From NCBI GenBank assembly GCA_965660515.1, contig CBFIAJ010000003.1:27805-91804 (forward strand): a stretch of DNA of 64,000 bases, given 5' to 3'. Below are positions 9,167-19,672 of the stretch, piece by piece (positions within the stretch are counted from its first letter, which is position 1; each line of letters begins with the position of its first letter). The translations under genes were made by a program, and so were the position numbers. The notes below the pieces were generated by a model. That model had not been told where the DNA came from, searched no databases, and saw nothing but the letters and a program-made list of their open reading frames with translations. Source of the stretch: Flavobacteriales bacterium. Lineage in GTDB: Bacteria > Bacteroidota > Bacteroidia > Flavobacteriales > ECT2AJA-044.

Positions 9167-10164
9167 GGCTTTTTCTATTCGCTTTTTTGATACCCTCCCT
9201 AATTCAGGGTCAAGTTGAACCGAATGCCAAAAAGATTCACGGTGTAGCTTGGGTTTCGAACCGTGAGGTTCCAGAAAAAGAAACCTTGAAATCTGTTGAT
9301 CAAATTCGAGCCAATTGGATTTGCTTAATCCCTTTTGGCTTCGCCAAAGAAAAAGAGCCCACAGTGTATTTTAATAGCGATCGACAATGGGAAGGAGAAA
9401 CTCCGGAAGGTATTAGGGCGCTGGCAAAAAACGCAAAGGATTTGGGTTACATGATAGCGATAAAGCCTCAACTGTGGATTATGAACGGGGTATATACAGG
9501 TCGTTGGGTTTTCAAGAAAGAAGAAGATTGGGAGATTCTGGAAAATACTTACCGAACGTATATACTCGCCTTTGCAAAAGTAGCGCGCGAGGAAAATGCG
9601 GATCTTTTTATTATCGGCACCGAATTGGATGCGTTTGCCGCGGCTCGACCAGAGTACTGGAATGGGTTAATCGACTCCATCCGGACCATTTATAAGGGTC
9701 CCATCACCTATGCATCCAATTGGGATTCATATTACTTAATCCCTTTCTGGGCACAACTCGATTATTTTGGAGTAGATGCCTACTTCCCTATTTCGCTTAG
9801 GAAAAAACCAAAACAAGCCGATGTTGAGCGCGCGTGGGACGAGATAATATTTGATTTAGAGCGATACGTTGAACCATTTGACCTACCTATACTGTTTACA
9901 GAGTATGGCTATCGGTCTGTGACGGGCGGATTAAGCGAGCCGTGGGATTCGGGAAATAAAGGTGAATACAATCCCGAAATTCAGTCCCTGGGTATCATGG
10001 GACTATACGAATCGGTTTGGAATAGACCCACCTTTGCAGGTGGATTTTTATGGAAGTGGTTCGATCGGCCGGAAAATGCCGGTGGAGAGGGTCATACAGG
10101 CTTTACACCTCAAAACAAACCTTCTTCCGAGCAAGTCCGTTCTTTTTTCAAAGACCGTTATTAA
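9163..10164 (+). CDS. Putative clan GH-A (TIM-barrel) glycoside hydrolase
   Basis: 333 aa with a signal peptide. IGTELD and FTEYGYRS look like the acid/base and nucleophile Glu strands of (beta/alpha)8 glycosidases. The family assignment is uncertain. Confidence 0.55.
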   Translation: MRLFLFAFLIPSLIQGQVEPNAKKIHGVAWVSNREVPEKETLKSVDQIRANWICLIPFGFAKEKEPTVYFNSDRQWEGETPEGIRALAKNAKDLGYMIAIKPQLWIMNGVYTGRWVFKKEEDWEILENTYRTYILAFAKVAREENADLFIIGTELDAFAAARPEYWNGLIDSIRTIYKGPITYASNWDSYYLIPFWAQLDYFGVDAYFPISLRKKPKQADVERAWDEIIFDLERYVEPFDLPILFTEYGYRSVTGGLSEPWDSGNKGEYNPEIQSLGIMGLYESVWNRPTFAGGFLWKWFDRPENAGGEGHTGFTPQNKPSSEQVRSFFKDRY

Positions 10165-10224
10165 CAACCTTGTATATACTTAAAGATTAAATTAGCCATC
10201 CCCAAACAAAAACTACGATTGACT

Positions 10225-13200
10225 ATGAAGAAGGTTTGTACACTTTTAGCATTGGTATTCTTTTTTACTACTGGGTCATTAAAGGCTCAAAATCAGGCAA
10301 TAGCGAACCAGATCCATTTAAAATCGGGAACTTTTGTCGTACAAGAGAACTTGAATGAATTCTTGCTAAATCCATATGATGCTGGTGAGCTGAGAAATGG
10401 CCATTACGTTCGTATTGTTCACTTTAAAACGCTTCCGACCGCACAAATGCGGAAGGAAATGCTAGAGGCCGGACTTGACCTGAAATCGTATGTTCCAGAC
10501 AATTCTTATTTGGCTCTTTTCGATTCGAATCTGGATTTGTCCTTATTGGAAAGTTGGAATATTGACGGGGTAATGATCCACAAAAGTAGGTACAAGTTGT
10601 CTCAAGAGCTTGCGAATAAAGATTACCCTGCTCACGCTATCGAAAATCAACAGATTACATTAGACGTGCTCATGTATCCTGAAATGAGCTCTTCCTTTTT
10701 GAATTCCGCCGTAGCTTCAATACGCGGAGTTATTATAAACCAGAATACAGATCGTGGAGAACTGATTGTTCGCCTGCCTATTAAGCAGATTGACGATCTA
10801 GCTGCGTTGCCAGAATTCATTTTTTTAAGTCCGATAAATACGGAACCAGAATCTGATAATTTCAGAGCCAGAACGAACCACAGAACAAACTTTTATCAGA
10901 ATGGAGGCGAACAGTTAGGAGGCTATGATGGCTCTGGGGTAGTTGTAGGAGTTGGTGATGGTGGACAGTTAGGTGGACATTTAGATTATCAAAATCGTTT
11001 TGATAATCAGTACAATACCTTTGCCGTATCAACGCACTCGTCTCATGTATCAGGGACTATTTTAGGCGCTGGAAACCTTGATCCAAATGCGCGAGGAGCA
11101 GCCGCGGGTGCCTTTGCGTATAGTTATCGTTACAGCCAGGTTATCGACAGTGCCGATGCCCACTATGTAAAACATGCCATGAGAATAACGAACAATTCTT
11201 GGGGTCAGGGAAATACGACTACATCGTGTCAAGGGTATAACACTGGAGCGCGCTTTACGGATATTACCATTTACAATAATCCATCACTAATGCACGTCTT
11301 TAGCTCCGGCAATAATGGGACAAACTCATGTGGTTATGGAGTAACCGGATGGGGAAATATCACAGGAGGCCACAAACAAGCCAAAAATGGAATCGTCGTA
11401 GGTAACGTTTCCTACACAGATGGTTTAGCGGGGAGCAGTAGTCGCGGTCCGGCTCGCGATGGTCGATTAAAGCCAGATGTGGTTGGAACTGGAACCTCGG
11501 TATACTCCACTTATCCAGACAATACATACAGTACGATTACGGGGACTTCCATGTCTGCTCCAGGCGTCTCCGGCGTATTAGCTACGATGTATCAAGCTTA
11601 TAGGGACAACCATAATCAACAAGATCCCATATCCGCGTTAATTAAGGCATGTGTTCTCAACGGAGCTGATGATCTAGGAAATGCTGGCCCGGACTTTAGA
11701 TTTGGGTATGGACGGGTAAATGCGAAAAAGGCGATGGACCAGTTATTGGGCCAGCAATATTATCAAGATACTCTTTCAACCGGTAACAGCGAGTCCTATA
11801 CACTTCAAGTTCCTATTGGTGTGGGGCGTTTAAAAGTCCTTTTGTATTGGAACGATAAAGAAGGAGCCTCTTTTGCCTTGAACCCATTAGTAAATGACTT
11901 ACAATTAGAATTATCAGACCCGTCCGGTGCGATTTTCGATCCTTGGGTATTAGACAACACCCCTAATGTCACCAATTTAAATTTGCCTGCTACCCGAGGT
12001 GTAGACGCTATCAATAATACAGAGCAAGTGACTGTTGACAACCCAACTCCCGGGACTTATACTATTGATATAACAGGAGTTTCTGTTCCATTTGGGCCGC
12101 AGGAATACGTGGTCGTTTATTACTTCGAGACAAACGATGAAATAACAGTGACTTACCCGAATAATGGAGAAGCTTTAAGACCAGGATCGACGGAAACAAT
12201 TCGTTGGGATGCGTTGACTACTTCAAATTCATTTACCATTGATTACACTGATGACAATGGGGCTACATGGAATAACATTGGCACGGCAAGCGCAAATCAG
12301 CGTTATGTAAATTGGAACCCCTCTTCGACCATAGGATCGGACCAGGTAAAAATTAGAGTTTCACGAGGAGGCGCTTCAGACGAAAGCGATAGCACGAATT
12401 CCGTTTTCAATGTGCCCACAGGATTTCAAGTGAGCTCTATTTGCCCTGATTCGATCTATTTTACTTGGGATGCGGTAGTTGGTGCGGCGGCTTATGAAAT
12501 ATTGAGGTTGGGTACTACACATATGGAATCGATGGGGACTTTTTCCACTAATAGTGGAGCAGTTTTATCACATGATCCGTCAAAGGATTATTATTATACC
12601 ATCAGGACTGTTGGGCCTAATGGCGGAAAAGGAGAAAGAAGAAACGCCTTTTTTGTTCCTGCTGGAGACATCAATTGCGATATTGATCGAGACTTATCCA
12701 TTGAAATACGAGCCCCTTACGATGGCCCTATTCCTCTATGTGGGAGTTCTTCAAATTTCGATTTGGAAGTGAGTCTTACGAATAATGGAAATCAAGAGGT
12801 CTTTGGTTTTAATCTGAGCTACAAAGTCGATGCAAATCCAGCAGTCACAGAGCTCGTTAATGATACCATTCCTGCTGGCGCAACATGGAATTATACATTT
12901 GCTCAAAGTAGTATAGCTATCTCTACTAGCCCTATTGAAATTACAGCATATCATGAATATTTAGATGATCAAGATAAATACAACGATACTGTTGTAGCAC
13001 ACCCGATAGGTTACAATTCTACAATTCAATTAATTCCGTGGTCAGACAATCTTAGTTCGTTTAACACTTGTGGAACATCCAGTAATTGTGGAGCGGAAGT
13101 TTGTTCATTAGCTGGTGGTTGGTATAATCCGGAAAATGGAGTACTAGATGATATAGATTGGAGAACCAATACAGGATCAACGCCGTCAAGCAATACAGGG

Positions 13201-15165
13201 CCTGCACAGGACATTAACCCCGGAACAGCTTCTGGGCGATACCTATATCTCGAGGCGTCTAGTTGTTTTGAAAGTTCAGGAGTGCTTATGACTCCTTGTT
13301 TCGATGTTCCTGCCTCGGGAAGTTTTGAGTTTTCTTTTGCTTACCACATGTCAGGAGTTAATATGGGAACCCTCCACGTTGATATTATTAGCGACGGAAA
13401 GCTATATGAGGATGTGATTAGTCCGATCTTTGGCGATCAGGGCTCACAGTGGAACTATGCTGATTTTACTCTAGTACCTTATGCAGGACAAACGATTTCA
13501 ATTCGTTTTCGAGGGCAAACGGGATCAAGTTTCGAATCGGATATTTCGCTTGATGACTTCAGCATCCAAGCGCCTACTTCGGCTCCGGTTGCTGGGATTT
13601 CGACAAATGCTAATTTGGTATGCCCTGGGTCAATCATTGATTTCATAAACACATCTTCCGGAGCACCAAGCACATTTAACTGGGGAGTGAGTCCTGCTAC
13701 TGGCTGGAGTTATGTCAATGGAACGAATGCAAACTCGTTCAACATAAGCGTTCAATTCGATTCGGCAGGTGTCTATAGCGTAGGATTATCAGTAGACAAC
13801 GGCATTGGTAGCGACTCCACATTCATTTCATCTATTACCATTGGCGGTGAATCTCTTCCTTTTTATGAAGACTTTGAATCGGCGAACGCCTTAGATAAGT
13901 TTACGATTACAAACCCCGACAACGACTATACATGGCAACGCAGAGCCGCTTCGGGGAATACGGGTTCATTTGCGGCCGGTGTAAATAATTATGACTACAG
14001 TACCGCTGCAAATATTGAAGTAGAAGATTGGCTAACAACGCCTTTGTTTGCCTATGATGGAACTTCGCCGATTCACGTATCCTTTCAACATGCTTATGCT
14101 CGGTACAACCCGAACAGCACGGATTCAATGGCCTTGTTCATCTCTACTGATTGCGGTGAATCTTGGCAGCGCATTGCATCTTTTGAAGAAGACGGATCTG
14201 GTAATTTTGCGACGGTCCCTTCATTCTTAACCTCGGGTTTCACCCCTTCTTCATCAGACGAGTGGTGTGGAACGACGCCTATTTGCTCTGATTTTGATTT
14301 GAGCTCATTCTTTTCTGGACCCTCCGATTTTCAAATCCGATTTGTTGCTAAAAGCGGGTATGGAAATAATTTATACGTAGACAATATTAATATAGGCCCT
14401 CCTCTACCCGCTTTGGATATAGCCGTTTCCACAAATATTGTTTGCGAAGGGGATACAGTAACGTTTACAGAAAATTCTGGTGGTTTTTTCCAAAGTTACG
14501 AGTGGGATTTCGGACCCGGCGCCACCCCTGCAACGGCTCTAGGTTCTGGTCCGCATGAGGTAGTTTATAACTCAATAAATCAAAAAGATGTTTTCCTTAC
14601 AGCTAATAATGGCGTTCCAACGGCAATAGAGTCATTGGTGATCGATGTGAATGCAGCTGCAGACGCTTCGTTTACAACCTCTGTCTTTAACACAGGAGTT
14701 ATATCATTTCAGCCTCAATTGACGCCGAGTAACATCGACTCCCTATTTTGGGACTTCGATGATGGAACGACTTCTGATCAATACAATCCTGTGCATACAT
14801 TTGCAACGAATAACTCCTATTTAGTAGAATTAACGGTATTCAATTCATGCGGATCGGCCGTGCAAACGGAGAATGTAATCATTCAGGGTATTGATATAAA
14901 CGAGCTTAGCCAGAGTACAATCAAACTATACCCACAACCAGCTTCGAATCAGGTTACCTTGCAGTATGTTGGTGAAGATTTAAATTGTGATATGACTTTG
15001 TATTTGTTCGATGCTACTGGGAAACAAATTCAAAGTATTGAAGTTTCTTCAGCAGAATTGAAAAATGGTTTTGGACTAGCGCTCAGCGGCCTCGCGGCCG
15101 GATGGTATCAAGTGCAGATGATCAACGATTCCTATTTCTGGCAATCGCCTTTGATAAAGCAATAA
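10225..15165 (+). CDS. S8 (subtilisin-like) serine peptidase with MAM-like and PKD domains and a T9SS C-terminal sorting domain
   Basis: Catalytic triad contexts VGVGDGG, HSSHVSGTILG and GTSMSAPGVSG. One MAM-like segment (WRTNTGSTPSSNTGPAQD...GRYLYLEAS). PKD signature WDFDDGTTSDQYNPVHTF. C-terminus KLYPQPASNQVTLQY...SPLIKQ. Start trimmed to the ATG at 10225 (MKKVCTLLALVFFF). Confidence 0.85.
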   Translation: MKKVCTLLALVFFFTTGSLKAQNQAIANQIHLKSGTFVVQENLNEFLLNPYDAGELRNGHYVRIVHFKTLPTAQMRKEMLEAGLDLKSYVPDNSYLALFDSNLDLSLLESWNIDGVMIHKSRYKLSQELANKDYPAHAIENQQITLDVLMYPEMSSSFLNSAVASIRGVIINQNTDRGELIVRLPIKQIDDLAALPEFIFLSPINTEPESDNFRARTNHRTNFYQNGGEQLGGYDGSGVVVGVGDGGQLGGHLDYQNRFDNQYNTFAVSTHSSHVSGTILGAGNLDPNARGAAAGAFAYSYRYSQVIDSADAHYVKHAMRITNNSWGQGNTTTSCQGYNTGARFTDITIYNNPSLMHVFSSGNNGTNSCGYGVTGWGNITGGHKQAKNGIVVGNVSYTDGLAGSSSRGPARDGRLKPDVVGTGTSVYSTYPDNTYSTITGTSMSAPGVSGVLATMYQAYRDNHNQQDPISALIKACVLNGADDLGNAGPDFRFGYGRVNAKKAMDQLLGQQYYQDTLSTGNSESYTLQVPIGVGRLKVLLYWNDKEGASFALNPLVNDLQLELSDPSGAIFDPWVLDNTPNVTNLNLPATRGVDAINNTEQVTVDNPTPGTYTIDITGVSVPFGPQEYVVVYYFETNDEITVTYPNNGEALRPGSTETIRWDALTTSNSFTIDYTDDNGATWNNIGTASANQRYVNWNPSSTIGSDQVKIRVSRGGASDESDSTNSVFNVPTGFQVSSICPDSIYFTWDAVVGAAAYEILRLGTTHMESMGTFSTNSGAVLSHDPSKDYYYTIRTVGPNGGKGERRNAFFVPAGDINCDIDRDLSIEIRAPYDGPIPLCGSSSNFDLEVSLTNNGNQEVFGFNLSYKVDANPAVTELVNDTIPAGATWNYTFAQSSIAISTSPIEITAYHEYLDDQDKYNDTVVAHPIGYNSTIQLIPWSDNLSSFNTCGTSSNCGAEVCSLAGGWYNPENGVLDDIDWRTNTGSTPSSNTGPAQDINPGTASGRYLYLEASSCFESSGVLMTPCFDVPASGSFEFSFAYHMSGVNMGTLHVDIISDGKLYEDVISPIFGDQGSQWNYADFTLVPYAGQTISIRFRGQTGSSFESDISLDDFSIQAPTSAPVAGISTNANLVCPGSIIDFINTSSGAPSTFNWGVSPATGWSYVNGTNANSFNISVQFDSAGVYSVGLSVDNGIGSDSTFISSITIGGESLPFYEDFESANALDKFTITNPDNDYTWQRRAASGNTGSFAAGVNNYDYSTAANIEVEDWLTTPLFAYDGTSPIHVSFQHAYARYNPNSTDSMALFISTDCGESWQRIASFEEDGSGNFATVPSFLTSGFTPSSSDEWCGTTPICSDFDLSSFFSGPSDFQIRFVAKSGYGNNLYVDNINIGPPLPALDIAVSTNIVCEGDTVTFTENSGGFFQSYEWDFGPGATPATALGSGPHEVVYNSINQKDVFLTANNGVPTAIESLVIDVNAAADASFTTSVFNTGVISFQPQLTPSNIDSLFWDFDDGTTSDQYNPVHTFATNNSYLVELTVFNSCGSAVQTENVIIQGIDINELSQSTIKLYPQPASNQVTLQYVGEDLNCDMTLYLFDATGKQIQSIEVSSAELKNGFGLALSGLAAGWYQVQMINDSYFWQSPLIKQ

Positions 15166-15187
15166 TTAGATTTGACACTACAGAAAG

Positions 15188-15217
15188 AAGCCTCTCGATT
15201 TTTCGGGAGGCTTTTTA
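15188..15217. terminator. Bidirectional hairpin terminator between the S8 peptidase gene and cdaA
   Basis: GCCTCTCG-attttt-CGGGAGGC (one G-U pair) with a TTTTT tail on the + strand and an A-rich 5' flank. Confidence 0.6.
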
Positions 15218-15991
15218 CCTTAGGTCTTTTTCGAGTTGCTTCTGAAGTTCCATAGGCTCTAAATTCACCCTAAGGTCACCTCCAACTGCATAGCTGATTT
15301 TACCCGTTTCTTCCGAAACAATTACTACTAGGGCATCGCTTTGCTCACTGACACCCAGAGCCGCTCTATGACGCATTCCAAAATGTGCCGGGACGTTATT
15401 CCTCTCCGTTGGCGGTAATACGGCTCGCGCCGCAATAATTCGATCTTCGCGTATGATGACAGCGCCATCGTGAAGCGGGCTCGATTTAGCAAAAATGCTC
15501 TCTAGTAGTCTTTTACTCAACTCCGCATTCAGCACATCACCCGTATCCGCCATTTGTGCTAATTCTGAATTCCGGGTAATTACCATGAGCGCACCGGTTT
15601 TTTCCGCAGCCATATCTTTTGCTGCTTCTACGATAGAGTCGACGTCGGTGCGGTGTTCAGAGGTCTCTTTCTTGAAATTGGCAATTTGGCGCAATAAATT
15701 TCTTCGGCTGCTAAAGCTCGTTGTACCGATCATCAATAAAAACTTCCGCAATTCTTGCTGAAATACAATGATTAAGGCGATCACTCCCACTCCGATAAAC
15801 TGACCTAAAATTTCGCTCAGGAGCTCCATTTTAAGGGCTTCGACAATTTTCCAGAGCAAGTAAATGGCGGTTACACCAATCAATATGTTGATGGCAACCG
15901 TACCTTTCACCAATTGATACAATTGGTAAAGAAGTATCGCTACTAAAACGATATCAATTACGTCGAGAATTCCGAAGTCAATAAAACTCAA
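15215..15991 (-). CDS. cdaA: Diadenylate cyclase CdaA (DisA_N domain, membrane-anchored)
   Basis: Three N-terminal TM helices, then DGAVII, RHRAALG and ETGKIS motifs. Confidence 0.85.
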   Translation of the reverse strand: MSFIDFGILDVIDIVLVAILLYQLYQLVKGTVAINILIGVTAIYLLWKIVEALKMELLSEILGQFIGVGVIALIIVFQQELRKFLLMIGTTSFSSRRNLLRQIANFKKETSEHRTDVDSIVEAAKDMAAEKTGALMVITRNSELAQMADTGDVLNAELSKRLLESIFAKSSPLHDGAVIIREDRIIAARAVLPPTERNNVPAHFGMRHRAALGVSEQSDALVVIVSEETGKISYAVGGDLRVNLEPMELQKQLEKDLR

Positions 15992-16018
15992 AAGTTGATG
16001 GCTTTGCGGCTAAGATAA

Positions 16019-16879
16019 TCAATCGGCCCGAAGGGCCTTAAATAATTGTACGGCTTCAGCGGCCTCTTTTACATCGTGTACTCGGAGAATTTTCGCCCCT
16101 CGCTCAAGCGCCATGGTATTGAGTACCGTGGTGCCGTTCAAAGCATCTTTGGAGGAAATTTCCAGCACTTTATTAATCATCGATTTACGACTAATCCCAA
16201 CAAGCATCGGATACCGTAAGAAATCGAAGTGTTTTAATTCATTGAGCAAGGTGTAGTTGTGCTCCAAGGTTTTGCCGAAACCGAAACCAACATCAAGGAG
16301 CACATCGGATACGCCCAATCTTCTAAGTTCAACTATCTTTTCAGAGAAAAAGATGGCTACCTCTCGAACGACATCTTCATAAACTGGATTCGATTGCATG
16401 GTCTGAGGAGTCCCTTGCATATGCATGAGTACATAAGGGCATTGATGCTCGGCAATAAGAGAGAACATTTTGGGATCTGCTCCCCCGGAAATATCGTTAA
16501 TAAGGTCAGCTCCTTCGTTTAACGCTCGCTCTGCAACTACCGCGCGGAAGGTGTCGATACTTATGAACGAGGATCCAAATTCAGCCCGCAAGGGCCCGAG
16601 AATTTTCTCCAGTCGACTCCACTCCTCTTCTATCGTTATATCCTGAGCACCCGGCCTAGATGAATAAGCACCAATATCTACAAAGTCAGCTCCGTCATCG
16701 AGCATTTTTTCTGCCCCTTTCAAAACATCCAAAACACGGGTATGGCGGCTACTTTCGACAAAAGAGTCGGGTGTAATATTTAATATACCCATTACTTTTG
16801 GCGTAGATAATTCGATCACTTCACCGCGTATACGAAGCGATTCTTTGTGAGCAAAAAGTGTACCTTTGGTCGTCGACAT
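16019..16879 (-). CDS. folP: Dihydropteroate synthase
   Basis: VMGILNITPDSF, DIGAYSSRPGA, GFGFGKT motifs. The start is ambiguous (16879 or 16885). Confidence 0.85.
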   Translation of the reverse strand: MSTTKGTLFAHKESLRIRGEVIELSTPKVMGILNITPDSFVESSRHTRVLDVLKGAEKMLDDGADFVDIGAYSSRPGAQDITIEEEWSRLEKILGPLRAEFGSSFISIDTFRAVVAERALNEGADLINDISGGADPKMFSLIAEHQCPYVLMHMQGTPQTMQSNPVYEDVVREVAIFFSEKIVELRRLGVSDVLLDVGFGFGKTLEHNYTLLNELKHFDFLRYPMLVGISRKSMINKVLEISSKDALNGTTVLNTMALERGAKILRVHDVKEAAEAVQLFKALRAD

Positions 16880-16889
16880 GAGCACGAAT

Positions 16890-17429
16890 ATGAGTAAAAC
16901 TGAAGGGCAATACGATACCGTAGTATCGGAATGCCGCGAATTATTTGCAAAGAAACTAAAAGACTACGGATCTGCTTGGCGCATTTTGCGATTGCCCTCT
17001 CTTACCGACCAAATTTATATCAAGGCGCAGCGTATTCGCAGCATTGAAGATAAAGGAACGCAAAAAGTTTCGGACGGCATTCACGGCGAGTTTATTGGAA
17101 TCCTTAATTACAGCGTAATGGCACTCTTTCAAATTGAAATGGGTGTAGCGGAACAACCCGATTTGAATGTGGAGGAAGCGTTAACGGCTTTTGATCGTCA
17201 AATGGAAGTAGTCAAAAACCTAATGATGGCTAAAAACCATGATTATGGTGAAGCTTGGCGCGAAATGCGCATCAGCTCGCTCACTGATCTCATCTTGCAA
17301 AAACTGTTGCGCATTAAACAAATAGAAGATAATGCCGGTTTGACATTGGTATCGGAAGGTATCGATGCAAACTATCACGATATGATCAATTATTCGGCCT
17401 TCGCCCTGATCAAATTAAAAGAGAATTAA
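16890..17429 (+). CDS. DUF1599-like protein
   Basis: Internal duplication (DYGSAWRILRLPSLTDQIYIKAQRIRSIE and DYGEAWREMRISSLTDLILQKLLRIKQIE), as recalled for DUF1599. The start is ambiguous among 16866 (TTG), 16878 and 16890. Confidence 0.65.
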   Translation: MSKTEGQYDTVVSECRELFAKKLKDYGSAWRILRLPSLTDQIYIKAQRIRSIEDKGTQKVSDGIHGEFIGILNYSVMALFQIEMGVAEQPDLNVEEALTAFDRQMEVVKNLMMAKNHDYGEAWREMRISSLTDLILQKLLRIKQIEDNAGLTLVSEGIDANYHDMINYSAFALIKLKEN

Positions 17430-17430
17430 T

Positions 17431-18552
17431 ATGAATGCCTTGACTCAGCTAGCCCGTTTTTTAGTGGGTGGATTGTTTATTTTTTCTGGTGCCATTAAAC
17501 TGAACGATCCCCTTGGGTTCTCGTTTAAACTGGAAGAGTATTTCACCGTTTTTGGCACGGAGTTTATGGTACCATTAGCGCTGTTTTTGGCGGTGTTTCT
17601 CTGTATTTTTGAAATAGTCGTCGGAATAACCTTGATCATAGGGATCTACCGGAAATGGACCCTTTGGGGCTTGTTGCTCATGATCATCTTTTTTACGTTC
17701 CTAACCTTCTATTCCGCATACTTCAATAAAGTAACGGATTGTGGCTGTTTTGGAGATGCGATACCGCTCACTCCCTGGGAGTCTTTTACCAAGGACGTTA
17801 TTCTTTCAATCCTAATCATATTCCTGTTCATTCGTCAAAAAGCCATCGAGCCTATCGTTGACTTAAAGAAAGGGCGTGTAATTCTAACAGGATCTATTGT
17901 TCTGCAGCTCGTTGTCGCTTACTGGGTGCTGAATCACTTGCCTTTGAAAGATTTCCGGGCCTATAAAGTGGGAACCGACATCGTAGCAGATATGAGTCAC
18001 CCCGAGGATGCACCAGTCGATGAATTTGAAATCACATGGGTCTATAAAGTGAATGGCGTGGACACCGAATTCACTACGGAGGAGGAACCTTGGAATATTG
18101 AAGGAGCTGAATATGTTTCTCGAGAGCAAAAGCTAATTAAAAAAGGATACGAAGCCCCTATTCACGATTTCACTATTGAGCTCGAAGGGAACGATTTTAC
18201 AGAGTCGTTAATGCAAGAAAACGAGCTCTTTTTGCTGGTGATGTATCGAATTGGCGATACTCCTGTAAACCCAAAGCTGCACAAAAAAATGAATGATTTT
18301 GTGAAGTCCTGTGATGAAAACGGCGTTATTTTCTTAGGTATGTCCGCTTCTGGTTACGATCAAATTGAAGAATATCGACACGAAGTCCAAGCCCAATATC
18401 AAGTTGCTTTTTGCGATGAAACAACGCTCAAAACAATTGTTCGATCGAACCCTGGTTTGGTGTACATTAAGAATGGCGTGATCAAAGCTAAATGGCACTT
18501 CAATGACCTTCCTGACGACATTGAAGCTGTACGTAAAGCTGTTCAAAACTAA
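17431..18552 (+). CDS. DoxX-like membrane protein with C-terminal soluble domain (BT_3928-like)
   Basis: N-terminal DoxX-like TM helices (FLVGGLFIFSGAIKLNDP, DCGCFGD), then a soluble domain of about 200 aa. Confidence 0.6.
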   Translation: MNALTQLARFLVGGLFIFSGAIKLNDPLGFSFKLEEYFTVFGTEFMVPLALFLAVFLCIFEIVVGITLIIGIYRKWTLWGLLLMIIFFTFLTFYSAYFNKVTDCGCFGDAIPLTPWESFTKDVILSILIIFLFIRQKAIEPIVDLKKGRVILTGSIVLQLVVAYWVLNHLPLKDFRAYKVGTDIVADMSHPEDAPVDEFEITWVYKVNGVDTEFTTEEEPWNIEGAEYVSREQKLIKKGYEAPIHDFTIELEGNDFTESLMQENELFLLVMYRIGDTPVNPKLHKKMNDFVKSCDENGVIFLGMSASGYDQIEEYRHEVQAQYQVAFCDETTLKTIVRSNPGLVYIKNGVIKAKWHFNDLPDDIEAVRKAVQN

Positions 18553-18599
18553 GTCTAAAGCCTATTTCAAAACTCTGATTGGCCTCTTATCTTAGCCTT

Positions 18600-19667
18600 A
18601 TGGGTAAGAAATTGGGTTATAGTTTAGCCGTTCTATGGGGGGTAGCCACCGTTCTCTTCTTTCTATTCGCGATTTTGCCGGGTGATCCTGCACGAATGAT
18701 GCTTGATCAGCGCGAAGATGCCGAGCAATTGGCCCGTATTCGGGCGAAATACGGTTTTGATCGATCACTTCCCGTACAGTACGCATACTACCTAAACGAC
18801 CTCTCTCCCATTGGGATTTTAAACAATCAAGACGAAACTGCCCTCAATTTTATCGACAAGCCGGGCTATTCAATTGCGTTCTCTATTCCATTTGGAGGTC
18901 AAAGCATCGCTTTAAAAGCGCCGTACTTGCGCGAAAGTTTTCAACGAAACGGTACGCCGGTGAGCTCTATCATCGCCAATACGCTACCCAATACAATCGT
19001 GCTGGCTATTGCGAGCATTACCTTAGCCTTTCTTTTAGGGATCCTTTTTGGAATATTTTCGGCCTTGCGGCCCGATGGGTTCCTCGATCGTTTTCTCTCC
19101 GTACTCAGCACCCTTGGAATGGCGCTCCCCTCCTTTTTTAGCGCCATTTTAATTGCTTGGCTTTTTGGTTTTGTTTGGTCTTCCTATACCGGACTTAATA
19201 TGACCGGGAGTCTATACAGCGTTGATGACTTCGGCGACTTTGAGTTCATCAACTTAAAAAACCTAATCCTTCCCGCATTAACTCTGGGAATACGACCGCT
19301 GGCGGTCATCACTCAGTTAACTCGTAGTTCCCTACTCGACGTTTTAGATCAGGATTATATCCGAACAGCGCGCTCAAAAGGAATTCCACCCGTTAGGGTA
19401 ATCGCTAAACACGCCATTCGAAATGCATTAACTCCAGTAGTTACTGCTACGAGCGGCTGGTTTGCTTCTATGCTTGCTGGGGCTGTTTTTGTGGAGTATA
19501 TTTTTGGTTGGAACGGCCTGGGAAAAGAAATTGTAGAATCGCTCAATCAACTAGACCTGCCTGTAGTAATGGGAGCTGTTTTAGTGATTGGTGGAATGTT
19601 TGTACTTATTAATTTAATCGTTGATTGGGTATACCAATTGCTCGATCCTCGATTACAAAAATCTTAA
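18600..19667 (+). CDS. ABC transporter permease (DppB/OppB-like)
   Basis: Polytopic protein with the EAA-loop region YIRTARSKGIPPVRVIAKHAIRNAL. Trimmed to the ATG at 18600. Confidence 0.75.
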   Translation: MGKKLGYSLAVLWGVATVLFFLFAILPGDPARMMLDQREDAEQLARIRAKYGFDRSLPVQYAYYLNDLSPIGILNNQDETALNFIDKPGYSIAFSIPFGGQSIALKAPYLRESFQRNGTPVSSIIANTLPNTIVLAIASITLAFLLGILFGIFSALRPDGFLDRFLSVLSTLGMALPSFFSAILIAWLFGFVWSSYTGLNMTGSLYSVDDFGDFEFINLKNLILPALTLGIRPLAVITQLTRSSLLDVLDQDYIRTARSKGIPPVRVIAKHAIRNALTPVVTATSGWFASMLAGAVFVEYIFGWNGLGKEIVESLNQLDLPVVMGAVLVIGGMFVLINLIVDWVYQLLDPRLQKS

Positions 19668-19672
19668 GTCTT

